Source: Octopus vulgaris (taxonomy: Eukaryota). Taken from it: DNA of 64,000 nucleotides. The translations under genes were made by a program, and so were the position numbers. The stretch covers positions 2,046,001-2,110,000 of the forward strand of contig OX597815.1 of the NCBI GenBank assembly GCA_951406725.2, in the 5' to 3' direction. Under the pieces are notes generated by a model, which saw nothing but the letters and a program-made list of their open reading frames with translations, ran no database searches and was not told where the DNA came from. Shown here piece by piece: positions 1 to 13,099 of the stretch; positions within the stretch are counted from its first letter, which is position 1, and each line of letters starts with the position of its first letter.

Positions 1-295
1 GACACTGATCCAACGAGTGACCGAGAGTCGACTTCGACTGAGCGGATAGAGAGATTTCCAAACACACACACACGCATATATACACTAACGCACGCGCATA
101 CACACACACACACACACACACAGTTATTGGCTAACTGAAGTCATCATACACTGGAAATGCTCCTGCACAGGACTGTAACTTATAGTCAACCTGACATTTT
201 TATTTATTTATTTATTTTTCTATTTCTTTATTCCTGTATTTTGTATTTTGATTATAATTGTATTTTGTCTCTCGCTATATTTATGGATTTAATTT

Positions 296-535
296 TGCCG
301 GTAAACTGCTGATAATAAACACATTGTTTTGGGTATGCATTCTCATACTGAGTGACATGACTGTAGCATCTGATGGAAGACTTATTTAAACAGTCACTCG
401 AGGAAGTGCATTTTACATGCATGCAATGATTACACATCTCACCAATGTACTACAGGTGTAAAAATGTTTTGAAACAATTGTAGTGATTTTAAATAAAAAA
501 TGTTAATTCCATTTTCTACCATTTATCTAAATATT
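296..535. repeat. Unclassified dispersed repeat, copy 1 (copy 2 at ~21052-21290)
   Basis: Shared blocks in both copies: gggtatgcattctca-actgagtga, atgattacaca, tctcaccaatgtactac, aaacaattgtagtga. Confidence 0.75.
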
Positions 536-750
536 TATACATACGTACGTACGCACGCACATTTGTATATAAGTAGTTACCTGCTTAAGAGAAATAGGAA
601 AGCGAATTTAAGTTAAATAACTCAGTAACGCACAACAGAGTGGAAATACGTGTCTATTGATACAATGGCACTTATAAGATTAATCGTGTTACTTTCAGTT
701 ATCTAAATCCTGAGAGCGCGAATGAAAAGATTAAATTCAGTGCTTATATA

Positions 751-1136
751 GGAAGCACTCCGTCGGTTACGACGATGAGGGTTCCGGTTGATCCGAATCA
801 ACGGAACAGCCTGCTCGTGAAATTAACGTGTAAGTGGCTGAGCACTCCACACACACGTGCACCCTTAACGTAGTTCTCGGGGATATTCAGCGTGACACAG
901 AGAGTGACAAGGCCGGCCCTTTGAAATACAGGTACAACAGAAACAGGAAGTAAGAGTGAGAGAAAGTTGTGGTGAAAGAGTACAGCAGGGATCACCACCA
1001 TCCCCTGCCGGAGGATCGTGGAGCTTTTAGGTGTTTTCGCTCAACAAACACTCACAACGCCCGGTCTTGGAATCGAAACCGCGATCCTATGACCGCGAGT
1101 CTGCTGCCCTAACCACTGGGCCATTGCGCCTCCGCT
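751..1136 (-). mobile_element. tRNA-derived SINE family A, full length
   Basis: Reverse complement of the 5341 and 15293 copies; Pol III A box TGGCCCAGTGG and B box GTTTCGATTCC; 12-bp TSD agtgcttatata at 739-750 and 1137-1148. Confidence 0.9.
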
Positions 1137-1349
1137 AGTGCTTATATATGTGAATGGTGATTGAGAGGTTTGGTCTAGCTTGAAATATTCTATCTAATAC
1201 TTATCGGTATTCAGTGGTAAACTAGGATGCGGGGTCGGAAGGGATAGAAGAGAAGGACAAACGGGAGAGTTTTTAGGGTGTGCGGTTTGTTGAACTTAAA
1301 ATAGATAGGCACTGGAGTGGCTTTGTGGTAAGAAGCTTGTTTCCGGTTT

Positions 1350-2250
1350 ATGGTTGTTCAGTTGCATCGTTGGATTTCTTTGGTGGACACGTGGTTTTTG
1401 GCTGTCCTGGTGGAGCGACGTTTTGCCTCTTGTATAATGGGGGGGGTGCGTCGAGCGAGAAATTGGGAGAAATTAAAGTATTCTTCACTAGAATGTGATT
1501 CGTCTGAGGAGGAATTAGTTGAATACTCAAACAAGATAGACAAGGAAATGGAGAAAAGGAATTATGTAGCGGCGGCTGGAGAAAAAAAATTGAAGAAATC
1601 AATCTGGAAGAGTTTTGTGAGTTCAAGGAAATGCTTGAAAGGGAGGGGAGCGATGTGAAGGTGTCCCCCACCCCAAAAAGTATTGAAGAAAAAGGAAGAA
1701 AGAAGAATTGTTTGCAGAACCTACGCCACAGCAGCAAGGAAAATTGAAGTGGTGTCTGAAGCACAGGTGGAAAAGGAGATAGCATACCTTGCCAGGGGTC
1801 GAAAATATGGAACGGCGGAGGTGCAGTTTAGGGAAATAGCAACTGCCAGACTGTACTCGGCCACACCGCTGAAGACGGATGAGGTGGTACTTCTACCAGT
1901 GTACCTTGGGAGACGTACGACCAGGGTTCGGGTGGATGATAAACCACCAGAAGTGAATGTAGCCTGGCTGATGGCTGCCACACTGCTGGATATGGAGGAG
2001 AAGGTGGTGGTCCTGCAGGCCAGTAGAACGCCCCACAAGCATTGGAAGGGACAAACCCTTGAAATGGTGGTACAGATCGAGGAGGAGAACTTGGAAGAAA
2101 TGGTCGAAAGTATCACAGTGGGAGAGTCGACGTTAAAGGTCAGAGTGGAAGAGAGGATTCCGCGATGTTATAAGTGTGGCCTGAAAGGCCATATTAGAGC
2201 GGAATGCCCTCCACCACTAGAAAATGACAAGGAGAGACAGGGGGAAGAAT
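1350..2250 (+). mobile_element. Non-LTR retrotransposon ORF1 (gag-like zinc knuckle), L1/Tx1-like, frameshifted and truncated by (TATG)n
   Basis: CYKCGLKGHIRAEC = CX2CX4HX4C, preceded by ITVGESTLKVRVE; the rest of the 1683-2570 ORF is repeat translation. Confidence 0.7.
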
Positions 2251-2509
2251 GTATGTATGTGTGTGTGTATGTATGTATGTATATTATGTATGTATGTATG
2301 TACGTACGTACGTATGTATGTATGTGTGTGTGTGTGTGTATGTTTGTAGGTATGTATGTATGTATGAATGTATTATGTATGTATGTATGTATGTATGTAT
2401 GTGTGTGTGTGTGTATGTATGTATGTATGCATGTATGCATGTATGTATGTATGTATGTATGTATGCATGTATGTATGTATATATGCATGTATGTATGTAC
2501 GTATGTATG

Positions 2510-2569
<60 letters not shown>

Positions 2570-2745
2570 AATGTATGTATGTATGTATGAATGTATCTAC
2601 GTATGTATGTATGTATGTATGTATGTATGTATGTATGTATGTATGTATGTATGTATGTATGCATGCATGTATGTATGTATGTATATATTTATGTATGTAT
2701 GTATGTATGTATGTATGTGTGTGTGTGTATGTATGTATCTAAATG
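2250..2745. repeat. (TATG)n microsatellite
   Basis: Direct reading. Confidence 0.98.
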
Positions 2746-2945
2746 TGTGTGTCTTTGTGGCTGTGTTTGTCCATCCATTACCGCTTCACGACCGGTGTTG
2801 GTACGTTTGCGTCCCGGTAACTTTGCAGTTCGGGAAAGGCAACCGATAAAATATAAATCCTGGGTTCGATTTGTTTCACTAAAAACTCTTCAAGGCGGTG
2901 CTCCAGCATGACCGCAGTCAATTGACTGAAACATGTAAAACAATG
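2745..2945 (+). mobile_element. SINE family B 3' half
   Basis: Tail ggcggtgctccagcatgaccgcagtcaattgactgaaac matches the full copy at 48661-49075. Confidence 0.8.
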
Positions 2946-3300
2946 AAATAATGTATGCATATGTGTGTGTGTGTGTGCCTGCGTGCGTGAGCATGTCTGT
3001 GAGTGTGTGCCTACATGCGTGTGTGAGCATGTGTGTGTGTGCGTGTGCGTGCGTGGGCATGTGTGTATGTGTGTGTGTGTCTGTGTTTGTCTTCCACCAC
3101 CACTTGGACACCCGGTGCTGGTGTGTTTACATCGCCGTGACTTAGCGGTTCGGTATAACGACCGATAGAATAAGTATCAGACTTTTAAAAAATAAGTGCT
3201 GGGGTCGATTCTCTCGACTGAAAATTCTTCATGGCGGTGCCCCAGCATGGCCGCAGTCTAATGACGGAAGAAGTAAAACATAAGCAACGGATAGATAAAT

Positions 3301-3334
<34 letters not shown>

Positions 3335-3355
3335 CAAGAGTGAAAGAGTGAAAGG

Positions 3356-3387
<32 letters not shown>

Positions 3388-3781
3388 GAAAGAGAATTGA
3401 ATTGTTTGCAATCTGCTGACCTTTGCGAGGTCATCGCCATGAGTGAGTGAAGGGGAGATAATGTTGACGTCAAGTGTTTGACGAGTAACGTGAGCCTGGA
3501 GTTCAGGTTTCGGAATTATCAGAGTGTGAGAATGATTATATTCTGAGATGGAATTGAGGTGGCGGTGGCGGTGGCGGCGGTGGTGGTGGCGGTGGGGAGC
3601 AATAAAGAGATATAAAAGATGTTTGCGTTTAGATAGAAAATGTGAAGGAAGGCGACAGAAAGATACAAAGTGGAAGACTGTCGTTTGGAATTGGTTGAGC
3701 ATCGACGGTCAGAGGTCAGGGCAATGGGAGGACTGCGAGGGAATGGTGCTGTGACTGTGTAGGAAGAATAAAATTAGGACA

Positions 3782-3816
<35 letters not shown>

Positions 3817-4280
3817 ATATACTAAAAACTCTTCAAGGCGGTGCTCCAGCATGACCGCAGTCAATTGACTGAAACATATAAAACAATATATATATATATA
3901 TGCATATATATATATATAAATAAGTGCCTGCATGGCTGAGCATGTCTGTGAGTGTGTGCCTTACGATGCGTGTGTGAGCATGTGTGTGTGCTCGTGTGCG
4001 TGCGTGGGCATGTGTTGTGTTCTTGAGCAAGTGCACTGTCTGTCACGTTGTCTTCCACCACCACTGTGGACATGAGTTGCGACGTGCACTGGTGTGTTTA
4101 CATCGCCGTGACTTAGCCCTTCGGTATAACACCGATGGAGAGGGAGGCTAAGGTATGCAGACTTGGTCTTCCATAAAATAAGTTGCCCGGGGTCGACTTG
4201 TGTCTCGACTGAAAATTCTTCATGGCGGTGCAATGGCCGCATGGTCATAATGACGGAAGAAGTCTTTACCCTTTAGATAT

Positions 4281-4312
<32 letters not shown>

Positions 4313-4331
4313 GCAAGAGTGAAAGAGTGAA

Positions 4332-4368
<37 letters not shown>

Positions 4369-4751
4369 GAAAGAGAATTGAATTGTTTGCAATCTGCTGA
4401 CCTTTGCGAGGTCATCGCCATGAGTGAGTGAAGGGGAGATAATGTTGACGTCAAGTGTTTGACGAGTAACGTGAGCCTGGAGTTCAGGTTTCGGAATTAT
4501 CAGAGTGTGAGAATGATTATATTCTGAGATGGAATTGAGGTGGCGGTGGCGGTGGCGGCGGTGGTGGTGGCGGTGGGGAGCAATAAAGAGATATAAAAGA
4601 TGTTTGCGTTTAGATACTAAGCCCTTTTATATAATGTAATAATTTGAATTCGTTTGGAATTGGTTGAGCATCGACGGTCAGAGGTCAGGGCAATGGGAGG
4701 ACTGCGAGGGAATGGTGCTGTGACTGTGTGAGGAAGAATAAAATTAGGACA

Positions 4752-4760
<9 letters not shown>
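2878..4760. repeat. ~0.95-kb tandem duplication (2878-3810 vs 3821-4760); second unit partly chimeric
   Basis: Both units start actaaaaactcttcaaggcgg; 3330-3630 is essentially identical to 4315-4615. Confidence 0.85.
3075..3285 (+). mobile_element. SINE family B 3' half
   Basis: ggtgtgtttacatc...gatagaataagta...ggcggtgccccagcatggccgcagtc. Confidence 0.8.
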
Positions 4761-4813
<53 letters not shown>

Positions 4814-4899
4814 TATACATATACATATATATATATATATATATATTACCGTATATATATATATATATATTTTTATATTCTTATTGTTAGTCAGCGTCG

Positions 4900-5195
4900 A
4901 TTACTGTATTTTTGAGGTTCGTGAGCTTCGAATCCCGTTTTCCGGGCCTGCGTGTTGTGTTCATTGAGCAAGGCACTTCATTTCACGTTGCTCCATTTCA
5001 CTTGGCAGCTGTAGGAAATGAGTTGCGACGTCACTGGTGCTAAGATGTATCGGCCTTTGTCTTTCCTTGGATAACACTGGTGGCGTGGAGAGGTCCCGCC
5101 GGGTATGCATGGGCGACTCTGCTGGTCTTCCATAAACAACCTTGCCCGGACTTGTGTCTAGGAGGGATTATTTTTAGGTGCAATCCCATGGTCAT
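4900..5195 (+). mobile_element. tRNA-derived SINE (family D), diverged
   Basis: B-box-like ttcgaatccc, then ttgagcaaggcacttcatttcacgttgctcc module shared with the 26867 and 58515 elements. Confidence 0.6.
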
Positions 5196-5217
5196 ATATA
5201 TATATATATATTATACC

Positions 5218-5742
<525 letters not shown>

Positions 5743-5915
5743 ACCATATATATATATTTATACACACACGCACACACACACATACGCACATGTATATCGT
5801 CAGTAAATCCTAAATCGAAAAAGAAGCAGACTCTAAGTTGTAGAGAATATAAAGATAGAAATGGCCGGTCTGTGGGATTTACCTGGATTTCACGTCCTTA
5901 AAGCGGTTAGCTTTA

Positions 5916-6032
5916 CGGCATCTCTTTAGACTCTAAACCCGTTGGCCTGTAGCCTCTCTAGCAAGTGGCCTCTCTAGAAAAAACTCTAGAGAGGTCACTT
6001 GCTAAAGAGGTTTAGGGTCTGAAGAAATGCAG
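5916..6032. mobile_element. Small palindromic MITE-like element flanked by TA
   Basis: Outer arms cggcatctctttagactctaaacc / ggtttagggtctgaagaaatgcag; inner arms cctctctagcaagtggcctctctaga / tctagagaggtcacttgctaaagagg; TA at 5914-15 and 6033-34. Confidence 0.7.
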
Positions 6033-6037
6033 TATAA

Positions 6038-6362
6038 GGGGGATGAATTGATGGTCTGGCCCTGGGGGAGGAATTGATGGTCTAGCCCTGGGGGAGGAAT
6101 TGATGGTCTAGCCCTGGGGGAGGAATTGATGGTCTGGCCTTGGGGGATGAATTGATGGTCTGGCCCTGGGGGAGGAATTGATGGTCTGGCCCTGGGGAGG
6201 AATTGACGGTCTGGCCCTGGGGAGGAATTGACGGTCTGGCCCTGGGGGATGAATTGATGGTCTGGCCCTGGGGGAGGAATTGATGGTCTGGCCCCGGCCA
6301 GACCATCAATTCCTCCCCCAGGGCCAGACCATCAATTCATCCCCCAGGGCCAGACCGTCAAT
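6038..6362. repeat. 26-bp minisatellite (ggtctggccctgggggaggaattgat), ~10 units then ~2.5 inverted units
   Basis: Orientation flips at ~6295 (ggtctggcc-cc-ggccagacc). Confidence 0.95.
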
Positions 6363-6796
6363 CGAGAGTTTTACTGCAATGATTTGAAGCTTTTGAAGGA
6401 GGGCGTTCGGCGAAGGCGACCGGATGTGTGGAGCGTGAAGAATTGGATTATTCACGACGACAATGCACCCTGTCACTGACCCCTTACTCGCTCGTGCGTT
6501 TCTTGCTAAAATGCTTCCAAATCCATCCTATTTACCAGGTTTAGCACTTGCAGATTCCCGTCACTTCCCCAAGATGAAAATCCAATTCAAAGGTCGCTGT
6601 TTTAACACCGTTGCCGAGATCCAGATCGAATCACGGAAAACTACTTCCAAACCAGATTCCAAAAGTGACAGGAAGGCGGGGATCGTGGTATTGCTGCGCA
6701 AGGTGACTATTTCGAAGGAGATGATGTTAAAAAGTAAGTAAATAAGTTAGATTTTCTCAAGCATAACTAATCCGGGAACTTTTTGATACCGACTCG
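6296..6796 (+). mobile_element. Mariner transposon 3' half, decayed, with right TIR
   Basis: PQGQTVNREFYC...WIIHDDNAPCH, PSYLPGLALAD (PPYSPDLAP-D like), GDYFEGD; ends ccgggaactttttgataccgactcg followed by TA. Confidence 0.85.
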
Positions 6797-6874
6797 TAAG
6801 TTTGAATACAGTGTGCGTAAACCATTCGATAATAATAGTTATGTGTTTGTGAGTGTATACATAGATAACCACAT

Positions 6875-7058
6875 GTGAATCGTTGGCGATTTTCTTCCTC
6901 TGCTTTCCCTTCTATTGGACTTTCCTCTGTTTCCGAAGAGGAGCGTCTTCTCGGAACATTAAACCATCTTTCTTTCCTTTCCTGAGCGTCTGCTAATACA
7001 TTACATGTACCACATCCTCGCGTTGTTGTTTTTTGTGTTTGTTCTTTTTGGATTTACT
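6875..7058 (+). mobile_element. Penelope-like terminal repeat with degenerate hammerhead-like motif
   Basis: Homologous to the reverse complement of 34392-34595; ends against (TA)n. Confidence 0.6.
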
Positions 7059-7241
7059 ATATATATATATATATATGTGTGTATGTATGTATGCATGTAT
7101 GTATGTATTATGTATGTATGTATGTATGTATGTATGTATTATGTATGTATGTATGTATGTATGTGTGTATGTGTGTATGTATGTATGTATGTATGTATGT
7201 ATGTATGTATGTATGTATGTATGTATGCATGTATGTATGTA

Positions 7242-7274
<33 letters not shown>

Positions 7275-8334
7275 TATGTATGTATGTATGTATGTATGTG
7301 TGTGTGTATGTATGTATGTATGTATGTATGTATTATGTATGTATGTATGTATGTATGTATGTATGTATGTATGTATGTATGTATGTATTATGTATGTATT
7401 ATGTATGTATGTATGTATGTATGTGTGTGTGTATGTATGTATGTATGTATTATGTATGTATGTTTGTATGTATGTGTGTGTGTATGTATGTATGTATGTA
7501 TGTATGTATGTATGTATGTATGTATGTATGTATGTATGTATGTATGTATGTATGTATGTATGTATGTATGTATGTATGTATGTATGTATGTATGTATGTA
7601 TGTATGTATGTATGTATGTATGTATGTATGTATGTATGTATGTATGTATGTATGTATGTATGTATTATGTATGTATGTATGTATGTATGTATGTATGTAT
7701 GTGTGTATGTATGTATGTATGTATGTATGTATGTATGTGTGTGTGTATGTATGTATGTATGTATGTGTGTATGTATGTGTGTATGTATGTATGTATGTAT
7801 GTATGTATGTATGTATGTATGTATGTATGTATGTATGTATGTATGTATGTATGTATGTATGTATTATGTATGTATGTATGTATGTATGTATGTATGTATG
7901 TATGTATGTATGTATGTATGTATGTATGTATGTATGTGTGTGTGTATGTATGTATGTATGTATGTATGTATGTATGTATGTATGTATGTATGTATGTATG
8001 TATGTATGTATGTATGTATGTATGTATGTATGTATGTATGTATGTATGTATGTATGTATGTATGTATGTATGTATGTATGTATGTATGTATGTATGTATG
8101 TATGTATGTATGTGTATGTATGTATGTATGTATGTATTATGTATGTATGTATGTATGTATGTATGTATGTATGTATTATGTATGTATATGTGTGTGTGTA
8201 TGTATGTATGTATAATTATATAGATATAAATACATACATATATATATATATACATATATGTGTGTGTAAATATATGTATACATACATACACACACACACG
8301 CATATATATATATATACATATATATATATACATA

Positions 8335-8377
<43 letters not shown>

Positions 8378-8395
8378 CATATACATCTATATATA
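7057..8395. repeat. (TATG)n/(TA)n microsatellite, ~1.3 kb
   Basis: Direct reading. Confidence 0.98.
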
Positions 8396-8537
8396 CACAG
8401 ACAAGGCAGAAGTAAATAGACACGCCATAAAACATCGTTTATGTTTATTCTAACTTGTAAAGGTTTCTATTTTCATTTCTATATTTTTATTAATTGACAT
8501 TTTTTATGCTCCAGCTTTTATATGTGATCGTTTAATT

Positions 8538-8918
8538 ATGCCATTACGAAAGAAGCCTTGAAATTGTCTGAATTTCAAAGAGGCCGTATTGTGGGTCATT
8601 CGGTGGTCATAGCCAGCGTAAAATCGCAGAAAACCTTGGGATCCCTCTTTCTACAGTTAAAAGAGTGATAGTGCAATTCGCCAGAGAGGAGAAGGAGTCC
8701 ACATTACCTCGCCCAGATCAATTAGGCCCCTCTGACAGGACCCTTCCCTTTGATAAGAGAAGTGTGCAAAGCCTCTGACACAGCAGAACAAGTTAATGTC
8801 AGTCCCAGAACAGCTGTCGGGTATCTCTCCAAATTTGATTACTATGGCAGAGCAGCAAGAAGGGAGTCACTCCTTCGACCAGCCAACATCAAACGGAGAA
8901 AAGATCGGGCCAATGAGA
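8538..8918 (+). mobile_element. Tc1-like transposase N-terminal fragment, frameshifted
   Basis: [45 protein letters not shown]: typical Tc1 HTH region motifs. Confidence 0.75.
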
Positions 8919-9431
8919 TTTTTAGTTCATTATGCCATGTGAGCAGTATCTGATGATTGTGCTAAGACACTAGATGTGTTAAGAAACACTGCTCGGTATG
9001 TTCTCAGGGCATGAAACTAATAGCAGTTCATAAAAAAACATACTGTGCTTATTAAGTAATATTTATCGATCACCTGGTAGATTACTTTTTTGTTATACAT
9101 AACTGATAAAGGAAACGGAAGATGAATTTTGTACGAATCTTTATCCAGTGCGGCAGTCACTTCGACCCATTCTGCATCTGTCCCATGGAGGTGTCTAGTT
9201 GCATTGCATCAATCAGTGCAGGCTGAGGCACTTCAGATGCTTGGTGCAGAAAAAGAGATCTCATGAGTTCCTCTTGACATGTTGTTCTCGCTAGTTATAC
9301 ATTGGTACACTAACAGAGGGTAGTTTGGGGTTGTAACCGGCGAATGGTGCAAATAGACATATACCCAAAGTCCAAGTAGTTACGTATACGCACACACACA
9401 CACACACACACACAGACATACGTATATTTAC

Positions 9432-9525
9432 ACTCTTTTTACTCTTTTACTTGTTTCAGTCATTTGACTGCGGCCATGCTGGAGCACCGCCTTTAGTCGA
9501 GCAAATCGACCCCGGAACTTATTCT
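9432..9525 (-). mobile_element. SINE family B tail
   Basis: ttttacttgtttcagtcatttgactgcggccatgctggagcaccgcc. Confidence 0.85.
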
Positions 9526-9534
9526 GCATTATTC

Positions 9535-9980
9535 TGGGGGAGGAATTGATGGTCTGGCCCTGGAGGATGAATTGATGGTCTGGCCCTGGGGGATGAATTG
9601 ATGGTCTGGCCCTGGGGAGGAATTGATGGTCTGGCCCTGGGGGACAAATTGATGGTCTGGCCCTGGGGGAGGAATTGATGGTCAGGCCCTGGGGGAGGAA
9701 TTGATATGCTCAATTTCTCTGTAGCAGACTTCCCAAGTTTAACGCAAAATTTCCCGTTAGTTCTTTGTTCCAGCTTCCTGCCCAGAACAAAAAACGCAGA
9801 CTACAACATATACTGGATCACAAAGGCACAAATTTCACAACTTGTGAAGTAAACACAGCGATGTCATTCGGCACACTGCCTCATGAAGGTCATTGCTGGC
9901 TTTCATTGCACACGCAACCGTGTGCTGCCATCTATTGGCGCGCTACAGAACTAGTCCTGGAGCTTTTTGATATCACCTCG
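9535..9980 (-). mobile_element. Mariner 5' part (left TIR and N-terminus) joined to the 26-bp minisatellite (9535-9705)
   Basis: TA then cgaggtgatatcaaaaagctccaggactag TIR matching that at 6770-6796; encodes KLEQRTNGKFCVKLGKSATE. Confidence 0.85.
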
Positions 9981-10503
9981 TATGGAATAAGCTGTATGTT
10001 TAGCAGAATGCGATAGCAATATTACAGTGAAAATGGTGAGGGCCTTGAAGTAATTCCCGATTTGGCAGATAATGAGATTGCAATCGGAAGGTAGATAAAT
10101 ATTCACTGTCAGTTTGATGGTGGTGCCGAGATGTCGTGTGTGTCTTTAATCGAATCAATTATATATTCTTTGATGATCTCTATTACTTTTACAACGATCA
10201 GTTGACAGGGTAGAACACCCAGAGATCGCGGAGATTCCGCCAACAAACGCTATGAATTTCACAGAATTATAGCGAAAATAACTACGCACGCCTACAGATA
10301 AGGAGAATCGTTTTAGGTGAACGTTTTTGACAAATCAATCATATTTATTTTGTATTTGATTTTTCTGTCTGTTTTATTTCTGCTATAGTGGCCACAGCAA
10401 ATGGAAGAAATATACCTATATGCGTACGTATATTTCAAATGTACATATGTAAGTATATATGTATACACATAATACATATTACATGATATAATGTAATATA
10501 ATA

Positions 10504-10862
<359 letters not shown>

Positions 10863-11166
10863 TATTTCTGTGAGAGTTAGAGGTTGGGAAGCCCACATAA
10901 CCATTTAGACCCTCTGAAGAATCCTAGAGACACTCTCATCATCCAACCTTTATCTGCCCATCCTTACAGAACACCGAAGAGATGGAGATAGCATGGAAGA
11001 TTTCGTTGCCTCTTGGCAGAAACGGCCATAAGGAACTGATATTATACTCTTTCCTGTAATATTAATTAATACATGTGTGTGCAACACATAGTTACTACAG
11101 GGGTATGTGCTCTTCTAATAGTTTCTAATACTTTTGAATAAATAGATACACCGTAATGTCTACCAG

Positions 11167-11209
<43 letters not shown>

Positions 11210-11345
11210 TGTCAAAGGGAAATGGAATTTAATTAAAATTAAAACATTCAATCAAAATTTACATTTCCAGTGGTCTAACGTGCAAAAAAAATTAGTCAAG
11301 AAGACTATATATTAGTCATACAATATATAGTCTTGTTGACGTATA

Positions 11346-11395
<50 letters not shown>

Positions 11396-11667
11396 ACACG
11401 TATATACATGCATACATGACGTAACACTTACATAGATATTATCATAATGGTGAGAGGTTTTGTCGGAGATAAAATGGAATGAAAGAATTATTTTCGTGAT
11501 AAAAAGACATAACTACACTCCTACGCAACAAATGTGTTTGAATATGAAGACATTCGCTATGTTATTTATTGGGATTCTTTTGGGAAGGAAGGAATTGGTT
11601 TCTAATAAAGAAACAGAAGCTCCGTCGCTGCAATTTTGGCAACAGTAGTAAGTCTTTCATAAAGACA

Positions 11668-11800
11668 CAGGCGTGGCTGCGTGCTAAGCAGTTTGTTTCC
11701 CAACTACATGGTTCCGGGTTCAGTCACATTGCGTGGCACCTTAGGAAAGTATTTTCTACTATAGCCTCGTACCGCCCAAACCCTTGTGAATAAGCTCGGT
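11668..11800 (+). mobile_element. SINE family B head, diverged
   Basis: gtggctgcgtgctaag...ggttccgggttcagtc...ctactatagcctcg, like 48661. Confidence 0.65.
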
Positions 11801-12419
11801 AGAGGCTCGATTTATACGTATGTACCAGCCAACCTATAGGGCGGTTTTTAAGCTAGTGTATGGCTTTTAAGCAACTGACCCAGAATGGGAAGATCTGAAA
11901 ACAGATCTCTGACTTGTTTTGGAGAATTTGTTGCAATTGCTTCCTCCAGAGTCATATCCCAATCATGATCAGATTCGTCGCAAAAAAATCATGTAAGAAA
12001 AAAAAAATCACCGAAAACAATCGAAGTCATGAAAACATAGGAATCCGAAATTTCAGGATTGTAGGTTCGGATTCGGCCCGGAATGTTTTTAATTTACTCA
12101 CGGAGTTAAACTTTAGATTACAAATCGTATGAAAACATTTCATCCTTTCGGGGTCAATAAAATTAGTACCAGTTACGTACTGGGGTCATTGTAATCCCTT
12201 CCCCCAAAATTTGAGGCCCTGTGCTCTCAGAAGAAAGGCTTTATTTAAGTTGGAAAGGCATGGCACACTGATATTCCTTATATTAGACATGTTTAATTTT
12301 TGAGAAACTTCATTTCAACTTAAGTGTATTTTATATATATATGTGTGTGTGGATATGTATATATATGTTTTAAAGAAAACAAAAATGATATTGTTCAATA
12401 TGTTGGCGACAGGAATTTC

Positions 12420-12998
12420 CGTATGGAATATTACAATTCAATGTACGCCACTAACCCAGAAAGTATATGAGAGACATCATGACAATATAGCAAGGATTGT
12501 CCATTGGACACTTTGCAACAAGTATGAACCTGATAGAACAAAAAAAGTGGTACGAACATAAACCCGAAGTCGTCATCGAAAATGATAATGCAAAGATCCT
12601 ATGGGATTTTGTGATTCAGTGCAACCGTGAGATAGAGAATAGGAAACCAGACATAGTGTTAATTGAGAAAGAAAGCAAACGATGCTTGATCATAGGTATA
12701 GCATGCCCAGCTGACAACAAGGTTTACGATCAGGAAGAAAGAAAAGTCGAGAGATATGACAGCTTAGCTTGGGAGGTTACACAGTTGTGGTCGATGAAAA
12801 AGGTAGCAGTAGTATCAATAATTATCGGAGCCCTGGGAACAACGAGAATTCCATGGAACAAATAAGGGCTGCAATAAGGGCGGAGTACTTGCAGAAAAGA
12901 GTACTTCTGTCCGAAAAATAACAGGTGTTACCTTAGATCACTGGTAGTGAACAGGTGATTTCGTAGTACATCTCCAGCGTTAGAAACTGTGCAAAGGT
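12420..12998 (+). mobile_element. R4/Dong-type non-LTR retrotransposon 3' fragment (restriction-like endonuclease)
   Basis: RHHDNIARIVHW, KILWDF, NRKPDIVLIE, IIIGALG; 3' end runs into (TAA)n. Confidence 0.85.
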
Positions 12999-13047
12999 AA
13001 TAAATGATAATAATAACAACAACAACAACAACACCAATAATAATAAC

Positions 13048-13098
<51 letters not shown>

Positions 13099-13099
<1 letters not shown>

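Noticed and set aside
6038-6362. CRISPR-like array
   Set aside because: Head-to-tail units with no spacers, no cas genes, eukaryotic context
6026-9530. 13-bp inverted match (6026-6038 vs 9518-9530) as an inversion footprint
   Set aside because: Each side is largely explained by a MITE end and a SINE tail, so probably chance
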